Assembly: GCA_963780375.1 (NCBI GenBank)
Contig: CAWABV010000008.1
Span: 696,497 to 760,496, forward strand
DNA length: 64,000 nucleotides
Direction: 5' to 3'
Source: an uncultured Chloroflexia bacterium
GTDB taxonomy: Bacteria; Chloroflexota; Limnocylindria; Limnocylindrales; CSP1-4
The position numbers and the translations under genes were made by a program. The notes under the pieces were generated by a model. It saw only the letters and a list, made by a program, of their open reading frames with translations. It ran no database searches and was not told where the DNA came from. Shown piece by piece: positions 20,147 to 30,240 of this stretch (its first letter is position 1; the number at the start of each line of letters is the position of its first letter).

Positions 20147-20884
20147 ATGATACGCATGGGCCGTCTCGGTACGATGCCCGCGATGGAGGGCAGCGACACC
20201 CACGACCTCGCGCGCGATCTCCGCGTCCAGGAGTTCGGCAAGACCCGACCCACGGCCATCGCCGACGCGCTCGTCGAACCGGCCTGGCCCGGTCTGCGCG
20301 TCATCGCGTCCATCGGCGATGGACGGGCGATCATCTGGTTCGATGGCGAGCAGATCGACGAGCACGCCGAGGTCGCGGCTGCCCTGGCGCGCGCCGCCGG
20401 CCCGGCCGTGCCACAAGGCGCGATCGTCGAGGCCTACCTGACCAAGCAGTCGGCGAGCGAAGGCGTCGGCGTCCAGACCGGCGTCCCGGAGTATCCGAGC
20501 GTCAGCAGCGCGATCACGCGCCTGTTCATCGGCGGTCGTCGCGAGCGGGACCTGCATATCGACGAGGGGCGCGAGACCGATCGGGAGTCGCAGATCTTCA
20601 GCGACGACGACATCGTCAATCTCGTGGTCGTCGACCTCCTCTGGCTCGATGGCCAGTGGCTCCTCGACGTACCGCTGCTCGAGCGCAAACGCGTCCTCGA
20701 ATCGATCGTGCCGGCCGAGCAACTCGTCCGGCCCGGTCCATACCGTCGGGAACCGCTCGGCTCGTGGATCGAGTCGTGGCGCGCACAGGGCTTCCGCGGC
20801 ATGACGTTCAAGAGCGCGAACTCGCGCTACCGACCGGGCGAAACCTCGGACGACTGGACGCTCACGGACATGCCGCGGCGCTAA
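20147..20884 (+). CDS. ATP-dependent DNA-ligase-like adenylation-domain protein with degenerate catalytic motifs
   Basis: EPAWPGLRV sits where motif I EPKxDGxR is expected. VVVDLLWLDGQWLLDVPLLERKRVLESIV resembles motif IIIa. GFRGMTFKSANSRYRPG resembles motif IV with E->R. WTLTD sits where WxKxK is expected. Confidence 0.6.
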   Translation: MIRMGRLGTMPAMEGSDTHDLARDLRVQEFGKTRPTAIADALVEPAWPGLRVIASIGDGRAIIWFDGEQIDEHAEVAAALARAAGPAVPQGAIVEAYLTKQSASEGVGVQTGVPEYPSVSSAITRLFIGGRRERDLHIDEGRETDRESQIFSDDDIVNLVVVDLLWLDGQWLLDVPLLERKRVLESIVPAEQLVRPGPYRREPLGSWIESWRAQGFRGMTFKSANSRYRPGETSDDWTLTDMPRR

Positions 20885-20931
20885 CGACCCGCGCCGCCCA
20901 CCAAGGTCGACGCGGTGGTACGGTCTAGGCG

Positions 20932-22314
20932 ATGCCCTCAACCGTGCTGACACCGACGGTCCGGGACGAGATCACCCGGCTCGGCAGCGCCGACATCATG
21001 GTCGGCATCCCAAGTTTCAAGAACGCGGCGACGATCGGTTATGTCGTGCGCGCGGCTCAGGCAGGCCTCGTCCAGTACTTCCCGGATCTCCGGCCGGTCG
21101 TGGTCAACTCGGACGCCGGCTCGCCCGATGGCACGGGCCGCGTCGTCGTCGAGACGGAGCCGCCCGACTACATCGAGGAGATCCTCCTCACGCGGCCGAA
21201 CCACAAGCTCGAGCGGGTCAGCCTGACCTACCCCGAGATCGAGGGCGTCGGCGGAAAGGGCGCGGCGCTGCGGACCATCTTCGAGATCGCCGCGGCGCTC
21301 GAGGTCCAGGCGCTCGTGGTCGTCGACTCCGACCTCCGCTCGATCGTCCCCGAGTGGATCGAGCTGCTGTCGGGGCCGATCCTCAAAGGCGGGTACGACT
21401 ACGTCTCGCCGCTCTACGCGCGGTACAAGTACGACGGCACGATCACCAACACCGTCACGTATCCGCTCACGCGCGCCCTCTACGGGAAGCGCATCCGCCA
21501 GCCGATCGGCGGCGACTTCGGGGTGAGCGGCGACCTCGTGCGCCACTACCTGACGCTCGATGACTGGACCGACGACGTCAGCAAGTTCGGCATCGACATC
21601 TGGATGACGACGTCGGCGCTGACCGGTGGGTTCGCGATCTGCCAGACCCGACTCGGGGCGAAGATCCACGACCCGAAGGACCCGGGGTCCGACCTCGGTC
21701 CGATGTTCCGCCAGGTCGTCGGCACGATCCTGCGACTGGCGGTCGAGCACGCGGATTCCTGGCTGCCGATCCGCGGCAGCCACGGCGTGCCGGCCTATGG
21801 CTTCGAGCGGATCATCGACCCGCCACCACTCGAGGTGAACACGCTCCGGCTGCTATCGGAGTTCCATGCCGGATCGCTCACCCTGGCCGACATGTGGCGC
21901 TCGATGCTGTCGCCCAATTCGATCGACGCCGTCCTGGAGCTCGCGGCGGAGGCCGGCCGGCTGGGGGACGCTGCACGGGCACGCCTCGGCATCGGTGGGG
22001 ACGTGTCGTCCACCACGGCGACGACGCTCGAGATGGCCGAAGCGGCCAGCACGTTCCACTTCCCCGACGACCTGTGGGCTCGGGTCATCTATGACCTGGT
22101 GCTCACCGCGCGCAAGCCGCCCCATCCGCTCGAGACCCTGGTCGCGGCACTGGTGCCGATCTACTTCGGGCGGGTCGGTTCCTTCGTGATCGAGAACCGC
22201 CACATCACGACCGAACAGGCGGAGGATCGCGTGGAGCGCCAGGCGCGCGAGTTCGAGCTCCTCAAGCCGTACCTGACCCAGCGCTGGAACGGCGCCGCAT
22301 CCGAGCCCGCATGA
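20932..22314 (+). CDS. GT-A-fold glycosyltransferase-like protein (specificity unknown)
   Basis: 460 aa: IMVGIPSFKNAATIGYVV, SPDGTG, VVVDSDLRS (DxD-like). First gene of an overlapping operon. Confidence 0.55.
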   Translation: MPSTVLTPTVRDEITRLGSADIMVGIPSFKNAATIGYVVRAAQAGLVQYFPDLRPVVVNSDAGSPDGTGRVVVETEPPDYIEEILLTRPNHKLERVSLTYPEIEGVGGKGAALRTIFEIAAALEVQALVVVDSDLRSIVPEWIELLSGPILKGGYDYVSPLYARYKYDGTITNTVTYPLTRALYGKRIRQPIGGDFGVSGDLVRHYLTLDDWTDDVSKFGIDIWMTTSALTGGFAICQTRLGAKIHDPKDPGSDLGPMFRQVVGTILRLAVEHADSWLPIRGSHGVPAYGFERIIDPPPLEVNTLRLLSEFHAGSLTLADMWRSMLSPNSIDAVLELAAEAGRLGDAARARLGIGGDVSSTTATTLEMAEAASTFHFPDDLWARVIYDLVLTARKPPHPLETLVAALVPIYFGRVGSFVIENRHITTEQAEDRVERQAREFELLKPYLTQRWNGAASEPA

Positions 22315-24257
22315 GCCCACGATCGGCGCTGCCGTCGCGCATCCTGATCCCGGTCGCCAACCCGGGCACAGCCGAGGAGCTGATCCGGCTCGGCGCCGCG
22401 ATGCTCGAGCCCAAGACCGGCGAACTGTCCGCGCTTGGCATCGTCGAGGTGCCCGAGGGCATGCCGCTGTCCGAAGGCGCGACGCGAGCACGGCACGCGC
22501 GACGCTTGCTCCAGAAGGTGCTCGACTACGCGCCCAACGGCACGCCGATCCACCCGATCGTGCGGATCGGGCGGCACGCCTCGGAAGGCATCATCGAGGC
22601 GTCCGCCGAGCAGGAGGCCGACCTCATCATCTTCGGCTGGGGCGGCAAGGCGCCGATCGGAAACGACGGCCGCAATGGCGGCCCGACCGTCTTCTCGCCG
22701 ACCATCGACGAGGTCGTCCGCGAATCGCCATGCGACATCGCCGTGGTCAAGCAGCGTGGCTCGCGGGACATCAAGCGCGTCCTCGTACCGGTTCGCGGTG
22801 GGCCCCACGCGGAGCTCGCCATCCGCTTCGCCGATTCGATCGCCACGTACCACGGCGCCACCGTTGTCGTCCTCCATCTCGTCCCGCCGGGGATCACGAT
22901 GGCCGTTCGCGCCCAGGCGGAACGGGCGCTCGCCACGTTCATCAAGCAGCACCTCAAGGGCAAGGGCGAGGCCGTCCTGCGCGAGGCGCCGAACGTGCGC
23001 AACGCGATCCTGCGCGAGGCGGAGAAGGCCGACCTGGTCGTGATGGGCGCGTCGGCCGTGCCCGGCGCGGACGGGATGGACTCGTACCTGTTCGGCGCCC
23101 TGCCGGAGGCGGTCGCGGCCCGTGCCAAGCCGTCGGTCGTCGTCGTCAAGACGCGTGAGGAGATCGGCGGAGCGACATTCGACAGCCTGGCATCGAAGGC
23201 CGAGTCACTCATCGCGGCCGACCGCGCCGCCGAAGAGGCACGTGCCGTGCCGGCCCGCGTCGAGCGCTGGTTCGGCGAGTCGAACTTCCACCACGCCGAA
23301 TTCGCCGACCTGCGGCGGCTCGTCCAGCTCAAGGAGAAGCAGGGCGTCACAGTGTCGCTCGTCCTGCCGACGCTCGACGAGGAGGAGACCATCGGGCCGA
23401 TCGTGCGCAAGGCGGTGCGCGAGATGATCGGCCGGGTGCCGCTGCTCGATGAGATCCTGGTCATCGATTCGGCATCGACCGACCGCACTCGCGAGATCGC
23501 CGAAGCCGAGGGCGCCCGCGTCATCCAGCACCCCGACATCCTGTCGCGCTACGGCTCATTCCGGGGCAAGGGCGAGGCGCTTTGGAAGTCGCTCTTCGCG
23601 ACCAGCGGCGACATCATCGTCTGGGCCGATACCGATGTCCGCCATTGGCATCACCGGATGGTCTACGGCACGCTGGGGCCGCTACTCCACGAGCCCCGCC
23701 TCCAGTACGTCAAGGGCTACTACCAACGCCCGATCGTCCAGGAGGGCATGCTCAAGGAAGGCGGTGGCGGCCGCGTCACTGAGCTGGTGGCGCGCCCGCT
23801 GATCAACCTCTTCTACCCCGAGTTGTCCGGGATGATCCAGCCGCTCGCCGGCGAGTACGCCGGTCGGCGGACCCTCCTCGAGTCGATCCCGTTCTTCACC
23901 GGCTACGCGGTGGAGATGGGGCACCTGATCGATGCCACGGAGCGCGTCGGCATCGAAGGGCTCGGCCAGGTCGATCTGGAGCGGCGGATCCACCGCAACC
24001 AGGAGCTCGAGGGCCTGTCGCGGATGTCATTCGTGATCCTGCAGGCCGTGATGAAGCGGCTCGAGGAACGGCGCAAGGCGCGCCTGTTCGCGGAGCTCGG
24101 TTCGACCATGAAGCTGCCGCGTTCCGGCAAGGGCCGGCTGTCCCTGGAGGTCATCGAGCTGGCCGACCAGGAGCGGCCACCGATGATCCGCATCCCGGAG
24201 TACCTCGAACGACGACGCTCGGCGATCGGCGCGGTCCTCGACCCGTCGATACGGTGA
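22311..24257 (+). CDS. gpgS: Fusion of two universal-stress-protein (USP) domains with a glucosyl-3-phosphoglycerate synthase (GT81-like) domain
   Basis: USP-like repeats: RILIPVANPGTAEELIRLG..ADLIIFGW and RVLVPVRGGPHAELAIRFA..ADLVVMGAS. C-terminal half: VSLVLPTLDEEETIGPIV..VIDSASTDRT..FRGKGEALWKS..VWADTDV. Confidence 0.8.
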   Translation: MSPRSALPSRILIPVANPGTAEELIRLGAAMLEPKTGELSALGIVEVPEGMPLSEGATRARHARRLLQKVLDYAPNGTPIHPIVRIGRHASEGIIEASAEQEADLIIFGWGGKAPIGNDGRNGGPTVFSPTIDEVVRESPCDIAVVKQRGSRDIKRVLVPVRGGPHAELAIRFADSIATYHGATVVVLHLVPPGITMAVRAQAERALATFIKQHLKGKGEAVLREAPNVRNAILREAEKADLVVMGASAVPGADGMDSYLFGALPEAVAARAKPSVVVVKTREEIGGATFDSLASKAESLIAADRAAEEARAVPARVERWFGESNFHHAEFADLRRLVQLKEKQGVTVSLVLPTLDEEETIGPIVRKAVREMIGRVPLLDEILVIDSASTDRTREIAEAEGARVIQHPDILSRYGSFRGKGEALWKSLFATSGDIIVWADTDVRHWHHRMVYGTLGPLLHEPRLQYVKGYYQRPIVQEGMLKEGGGGRVTELVARPLINLFYPELSGMIQPLAGEYAGRRTLLESIPFFTGYAVEMGHLIDATERVGIEGLGQVDLERRIHRNQELEGLSRMSFVILQAVMKRLEERRKARLFAELGSTMKLPRSGKGRLSLEVIELADQERPPMIRIPEYLERRRSAIGAVLDPSIR

Positions 24258-24772
24258 AGGTCGAGGTCCTCGATCCCGCGGCGTACGACGCCGCGATCGA
24301 AGGACTCGGTGGGCTCCTGAAGGACGCTATCGATGGCGGCGCGTCCGTGAACTTCGTCGCCGGCGTGACGTCGGAGCAGACCGAGGGCTGGTGGGCGACC
24401 CGTGCCGAGCGTGTGGCCGACGGCACGATCACGGTGTTCGTGGCACGCGAAGGCGACGGCCGGATCGTCGCGTCGACGCTGCTCGAGCGGTCGGTCAACC
24501 CGAACTCGCCGCATCGCGCCGAGATCGGCAAGGTCATCGTCCATCGATCGATGCGGAGGCGGGGGCTGGCGAAGGCGCTGATGAAGGCCGCGGAGGATCA
24601 CGCCCGAGCTGAGGGCCGCTGGATGCTGATCCTCGACACGGTCACGGGGAGTCCGGCTGCGTCGCTGTATGAGTCGCTCGGCTGGGTGACGGTCGGGACG
24701 ATCCCGGGGTACGCCCTGAACACCTCGGGCGAGCCGGAGGCCGCCACGTATTACTACAAGGACCTGCGGTGA
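24254..24772 (+). CDS. GNAT-family N-acetyltransferase
   Basis: AEIGKVIVHRSMRRRGLAKALMKAAEDHARAEGRWMLILDT (acetyl-CoA-binding R/Q-x-x-G-x-A type). 4-nt overlaps on both sides. Confidence 0.75.
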   Translation: MKVEVLDPAAYDAAIEGLGGLLKDAIDGGASVNFVAGVTSEQTEGWWATRAERVADGTITVFVAREGDGRIVASTLLERSVNPNSPHRAEIGKVIVHRSMRRRGLAKALMKAAEDHARAEGRWMLILDTVTGSPAASLYESLGWVTVGTIPGYALNTSGEPEAATYYYKDLR

Positions 24773-25851
24773 GAGGGCCGCGCGGACAGCGCACCATCCT
24801 CATCGCGCCCGATTCCTTCAAAGGCTCGCTGACCTCCGTTCAGGTGGCGCGGGCGCTGGCGGACGGCTGGCTTCGGGCGCGACCCGGTGACGATGTCGTG
24901 CTGTGCCCGCTGGCCGATGGCGGTGAAGGCACGCTCGCGGCGATCGAGGCGGCCGGTGGTTGGACGTCGCAGGTTGCCAGGGTCCACGACCCATTGCGCC
25001 GCCTGACGGATGCTCGGTGGCTACTGTCGGAGGACGGGCGTCGGGCGGTCGTCGAGATGGCCGAGGCGTCCGGGTTGTCGCGCGTCGCGCCAGCGGATCG
25101 AGACCCGATCGCAGCCACATCCGTCGGGACCGGCGAGCTCGTCGGTGCGGCGATCGATGCCGGCGCCGAGCACGTCACGCTCGGCATCGGCGGGAGTGCA
25201 ACGACCGACGGCGGTCGCGGCCTCCTGGACGGGCTACAAAACGGCGCCCGCCGCCTCTACGCGACCGACGTCGAAGTCGCGTGCGACGTCTCCAACCCCC
25301 TGCTTGGGCCGACCGGCGCCGCCGCCACGTACGGACCCCAGAAGGGCGCCTCGCCTCACGACGTCGTCGCGCTCGACGCGCGGAATGCGGCTTGGGCTGA
25401 TGAGCTCGAGGCGCTCGAAGGTCGTCGGGAACGTGACACGCCCGGCGCCGGTGCGGCCGGTGGTGTCGGGTTCGCGTTGCTCGCAGCGCAAGGTCGGTTC
25501 CGGTCATTCGCACTACGTCCGGGCATCGACCTCGTGATGGAGGCGACCGACTTCCCGGCGCGCCTGGCGCGCGCCGACCTCGTGATCACCGGCGAGGGCC
25601 GGATCGACGCCCAGACAGGCTTCGGCAAGACCGCGCTGGGCGTCGCCAAACGGGCGGCGTCTGCGGGGGTGCCGTGCATCGCGGTCGGCGGTGGCGTCGA
25701 GGTCGATGGGATCGCCGCGCTCGCAGAAGTGGGGGCTGTCGCCGTACCCGTCACGGAACGGCCGATATCCATCGACGAGGCGATGGCCGCGGGTATCGAC
25801 CCGCTCGTGCGCTGCGGCGAGCGACTCGCCAGACTGGTATCGACATGGTGA
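24769..25851 (+). CDS. Glycerate kinase
   Basis: ILIAPDSFKGSLTSVQVARALADGW, CPLADGGEGT, DLVITGEGRIDAQTGFGKT. Confidence 0.85.
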   Translation: MRGPRGQRTILIAPDSFKGSLTSVQVARALADGWLRARPGDDVVLCPLADGGEGTLAAIEAAGGWTSQVARVHDPLRRLTDARWLLSEDGRRAVVEMAEASGLSRVAPADRDPIAATSVGTGELVGAAIDAGAEHVTLGIGGSATTDGGRGLLDGLQNGARRLYATDVEVACDVSNPLLGPTGAAATYGPQKGASPHDVVALDARNAAWADELEALEGRRERDTPGAGAAGGVGFALLAAQGRFRSFALRPGIDLVMEATDFPARLARADLVITGEGRIDAQTGFGKTALGVAKRAASAGVPCIAVGGGVEVDGIAALAEVGAVAVPVTERPISIDEAMAAGIDPLVRCGERLARLVSTW

Positions 25852-26681
25852 CGACGGGCGGCACGACCCGGCCGAAGAAGCGGCGGCCGCGCAAACGCAG
25901 GTTCACGAACCCGGGAGCGAGCTACGCGAAGCGGCTCGAGCGGTATCGACCCGGGCTGGCCCGGTTCACCCTGGACCAGCTTGCCGGGCTCTATGGACGG
26001 CCGGTCTGGGAGCGCCGTCTCGACCCGACCAGCGAGCTGATCCTGACGATCCTCACCCAGAACAGCGCCGACGTGAACGCCGAGGTCGCGTTCGAGGCGC
26101 TCCGCCACGCCTACCCGAGCGGGCTGCCGTCCGTCCCGCACCACCCGGGCGCCGGGTGGGGTGGCGTCGGGCTACCGGACGGTGCGCCGCCCGACTGGGG
26201 CGCCATCGAGTTCGCGCCGCTTCCCGAGTTGACTGACGTGATCCGGCCAGGTGGCCTGGCTAATCAGAAGGCGCCGCGGCTCCAGGCGACCCTCCGTAAG
26301 ATCCGCGAGGAACGCGGCGACTACTCGATGGAGTTCCTCGGCGACATGTCGGCGCTCGATGCGCGCGACTGGCTGACCCAGATCGACGGCATCGGCAAGA
26401 AGACCGCCTCGATCCTGCTCCTGTTCTGCTTCGGCCAGCCGCTGTTTCCGATCGACCGCCATGTGGAGCGGGTCACCCGGCGGATGGGTCTGATGCCGCC
26501 CAAGGCGACGCTTGACGAGGCCCACGAGCTGTTCCTCGGCGTGTGGCAGCCCGACGAGATGTACGAGGCGCACGTGAACCTGATCCAGCACGGCCGCAAG
26601 GTGTGCCACGCGCAGCGCCCTGACCACGATGCGTGCCCGCTTCGCGAGCGGTGCCGCTTCTACGACCCGAAGGCGCCTTAG
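25845..26681 (+). CDS. HhH-GPD (endonuclease III-like) DNA glycosylase-family protein with a basic N-terminal tail
   Basis: ATG 25845 overlaps the upstream stop. SELILTILTQNSAD, LTQIDGIGKKTASILL (HhH-GPD), PIDRHVERV. The C-terminal Cys pattern is C-x10-C-x5-C. Confidence 0.75.
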   Translation: MVTTGGTTRPKKRRPRKRRFTNPGASYAKRLERYRPGLARFTLDQLAGLYGRPVWERRLDPTSELILTILTQNSADVNAEVAFEALRHAYPSGLPSVPHHPGAGWGGVGLPDGAPPDWGAIEFAPLPELTDVIRPGGLANQKAPRLQATLRKIREERGDYSMEFLGDMSALDARDWLTQIDGIGKKTASILLLFCFGQPLFPIDRHVERVTRRMGLMPPKATLDEAHELFLGVWQPDEMYEAHVNLIQHGRKVCHAQRPDHDACPLRERCRFYDPKAP

Positions 26682-27177
26682 CCCGTCCCCTGGATCACGG
26701 TGACCGACCACGGTCCGTCGGCCGTGATCTCGAGCCGGTACGTGCCCCCGGCCGGCGGGGACACGACCCCGCTCGCCGGCCCCGGGAAGTCCACTGACGT
26801 CGCCGAGGTCCTGATCGCCGGTCACCGCGATGACGATGTGATCAGCCTCGGTCTGCCACTGGATCTGCCAGCCGACGAGGACATCGAAGGTCTGCGATCG
26901 CTCGTTGCCGGTCCCTTCGAGCTCCAGGACGGGCGGAGCCGAGACCGCCGGGCCTGCCGAACTGGAGATGGTCGAGGTCGGGGAGGCCGATGTCGACGGC
27001 GCGGGGGAAGGGGCGACGCTGGTCGTCGGGGTCGGGGTCGGCGAGGAGGCTGGCCGTCGGGTTCGACGCGCCCCCGAGGAGCGTGCCGACGATCCAGCCC
27101 ACGATCACGGCGGGAACCAGAAGTGCGACGAGGATCGACCGTTGGCCGATCCTCGTGCCAGATCTCTGTTCGGTCAC
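26678..27177 (-). pseudogene. Small membrane-anchored/secreted protein immediately downstream of the adhesin; reading frame broken at least twice
   Basis: Hand translation: frame 1 gives MTEQRSGTRIGQRSILVALLVPAVIVGWIVGTLLGG (TM). A second frame gives TPTPTTSVAPSPAPSTSASPTSTISSSAGPAVSAPPVLELEGTGNERSQTFDVLVGWQIQWQTEADHIVIAVTGDQ. A third gives GTYRLEITADGPWSVTVIQGTG-stop. Confidence 0.5.
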
Positions 27178-28126
27178 GAACCTACTTTGACTTGAAGTAG
27201 GCCTCCTTGACGACGTTCCCCGTCGTGCCGGTGTACATGAATGTCGAGCCGTCCTCGCTCTTCACGTACGACCTGGTAGCACTTGCCAGCCGCCTTCGGC
27301 GTGGCCCAGTTGAAGATGAACTGAGCGTCGGTATACCGGAAGCTCGTGCCACCGGTCGTATCCGGAAGCATTTCCGGGTCGACGGTGCCAGCCGTGCATG
27401 TCGACATCGTCCTGACGATAGACACAGAGCGGGACCGTCGACGTGATCTCGGCTCCGAGCGGCCGTCGGACGCGATCCGATAGGCCTTGAACTTGAGTGG
27501 AACGGTCTGGCCGCCCTTGATCGAGTTCCAGTACGGCGTCGCACCAGCCGTCGTCATGTCGACCGGGCTCGTGAACCCGACGACTCGGTACCCGGCGGTG
27601 ATGTCAAGCGTTCCCGCCACGAAGTGGATCGTCGTAATTCGTCGAGGTCAGGCCACCCGGCGTGACCGAGTAGGAGCCCATCAGACTGGCGGACGTTGCG
27701 GGCGTGATGAACCCGAGAGTTCCACCAAGCACGGACGGAGTTTCCCCGTTGACGAGTCCGACGTAGCGAACAGAGAACGGTGGATTCGCGTAACCGAATG
27801 GTCGCGAGAAATGGTCGATCGCGGCTGTTGACGGGATCGCATCGGCGGTGATCGTCAGGTCCGGTCGTCGACCGTGAGGCTGCCGTTCTGGTAGGCGATG
27901 TCGTAGTTGCCGAGACCAGTGCCGACGGCGGCGCTCGGGACATGTCGAATACGGGCTACCTGTCGACGGTCGCCGCGGCGGCTCGCCCCGGCGCTGCTCA
28001 GGGTGATGCTGGTGACGGTGTCGCTGTTGACCAGGCCGACGACGGAGAAGTCGGTCGACGGGGTGGTCTGGTCGAAGGTGACCGTGTCGCCGTAGGTCTT
28101 GGTCTTGTTGCGGCGGTGATGGTCAG

Positions 28127-28690
28127 GGTGGCCGGGTCGATGGTCAGCTCGGCCGTGCGGACACGTCGAAGACGTAGTTATCGGCGGTGCCGCCCGAGCA
28201 GGTGATCGTCGGCGGCGAGTCGGTGACCGGCGTGGTCGGCGCGTAGTCGCTGGTGCGGCTCGGACCGGTGTGGCAGGCTGCGGTCTCGTCCTCGCTGTTG
28301 ACGAAGCCGGTGACGGAGAAGGTGTAGGTCGGCACGGCTTGCCCATACGTCCGGTTCTGCGCATCGGGCGTCACCACCAGGGTGGCCGGGTCGATGGTCA
28401 GCTCGGCCGTGGCGGACACGTCGAAGACGTAGTTATCGGCGCTGCCGCCCGAGCAGGTGATCGTCAGCGGCGAGTCGGCGACCGGCGTGGTCGGCGCGTA
28501 GTCGCTGGTACAGCTCGGATCGGTGTAGCCGGCCGCGGTCTCGTCCTCGCTGTTGACGAAGCCGGTGACGGAGAAGGTGTAGGTCGGCACGGCTTGCCCA
28601 TACGTCCGGTTCTGCGCATCGGGCGTCACCACCAGGGTGGCCGGGTCGATGGTCAGCTCGGCCGTGGCGGACACGTCGAGCTGCCGTTGT
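28127..28690 (-). repeat. About 2.2 tandem copies of a 255-bp coding repeat (85-aa Cys-containing MBG variant, type B)
   Basis: The anchor ggtggccgggtcgatggtcagctcggccgt occurs at 28127, 28381 and 28636. The unit is ATLVVTPDAQNRTYGQAVPTYTFSVTGFVNSEDETAAGYTDPSCTSDYAPTTPVADSPLTITCSGGSADNYVFDVSATAELTIDP. A diverged copy lies at about 30240-30500. Confidence 0.9.
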
Positions 28691-30240
28691 TGTAGGCGAT
28701 GTCGTAGTTGCCGAGGCCGGTGCCGTCAGCGGCGGTCGGCGACGATGGCGTAGGTGCCGGCGACGGTCGCCGTGGCGGCCGGACCGGTGCTGGTCAGGGT
28801 GATGCGGTCGACCGTGTCGCTGTTGACCAGGCCGACGACGGAGAAGTCGTAGATCGGACGGCTTGCCCATAGGTGACCGGTGTCGCCGTAGGTCTTGGTC
28901 GTTAGCACCGGGGTGGCCGGCGTCGATGACCGTCAGGCTGCCGTTCTGGTAGCCGATGTCGTAGTTGCCGAGGCCGGTGCCGATCGCCGCGCTCGGGACG
29001 ATCGCGTACGGACTGCCGCTGATCCCGGCCGTGGCGGCCGCGCCGGCACTGGTCAGGGTGATGCTGGTGACGGTGTCGCTGTTGACCAGGCCGACGACGG
29101 AGAAGTCCGTCGATGGGGTGGTCTGGTCGAAGGTGACCGTGTCGCCGTAGGTCTTGGTCTTGTTGGCGGCGGTGATGGTCAGCGTCTTGGCATTGACCGT
29201 CAGGCTGCCGTTCTGGTAGCCGATGTCGTAGTTGCCGAGGCCGGTGCCGATCGCCGCGCTCGGGACGATCGCGTACGGACTGCCGCTGATCGGGCCGTGG
29301 CGGCCGCGCCGGCACTGGTCAGGGTGATGCTGGTGACGGTGTCGCTGTTGACCAGGCCGACGACGGAGAAGTCCGTCGACGGGGTGGTCTGGTCGAAGGT
29401 GACCGTGTCGCCGTAGGTCTTGGTCTTGTTGGCGGCGGTGATGGTCAGCGTCTTGGCATTGACCGTCAGGCTGCCGTTCTGGTAGCCGATGTCGTAGTTG
29501 CCGAGGCCGGTGCCGACGGCCGCGCTCGGGACGATCGCGTACGGACTGCCGCTGACCCGGCCGTGGCGGCCGCGCCGGCACTGGTCAGGGTGATGCTGGT
29601 GACGGTGTCGCTGTTGACCAGGCCGACCGACGGAGAAGTCGGTCGATGGGGTGGTCTCGTCGAAGGTGACCGTGTCGCCGTAGGTCTTGGTCTTGTTGGC
29701 GGCGGTGATGGTCAGGTCTTGGCGTCGACCGTCAGGTTGCCGTTCTGGTAGCCGATGTCGTAGTTGCCGAGGCCGGTGCCGACGGCGGCGCTCGGGACGA
29801 TCGCGTACGGGCTGCCGGCGACGGTCGCCGTGGCGGCCGCGCCGGCGCTGGTCAGGGTGATGCTGGTGACCGTGTCGCTGTTGACCAGGCCGACGACGGA
29901 GAAGTCGGTCGATGGGGTGGTCTGGTCGAAGGTGACCGTGTCGCCGTAGGTCTTGGTCTTGTTGGCTGGCGGTGATCGTCAGCGTCCTTGGCGTTGACCG
30001 TCGAGGTTGCCGTTCTGGTAGGCGATGTCGTAGTTGCCGAGACCGGTGCCGACGGCGGCGCTCGGGACGATGTCGTACGGGCTGCCGGCGACGGTCGCCG
30101 TGGCGGCCGCACCGGTGCTGGTCAGGGTGATGCGGGTCGACCGTGTCGCTGTTGACCAGGCCGACCACGGAGAAGTCGATCGACGGGGTGGTCCCGTCGA
30201 AGGTGACCGTGTCGCCGTAGGTCTTGGTCGTGTCAGCTGG
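28680..30240 (-). repeat. Tandem array of about 6 near-identical coding repeats of about 267 bp (89-aa MBG-type unit, type A)
   Basis: The anchor gtcgtagttgccgag occurs at 28701, 28958, 29225, 29491, 29757 and 30027 (spacings 257, 267, 266, 266, 270). One more copy is anchored at 27901. Confidence 0.9.

Noticed and set aside
18782-20953. A 723-aa minus ORF read as one large protein.
   Set aside because: Only the C-terminal 452 aa (from GTG 20139) are MFS-like. The N-terminal part is antisense to the ligase-like gene.
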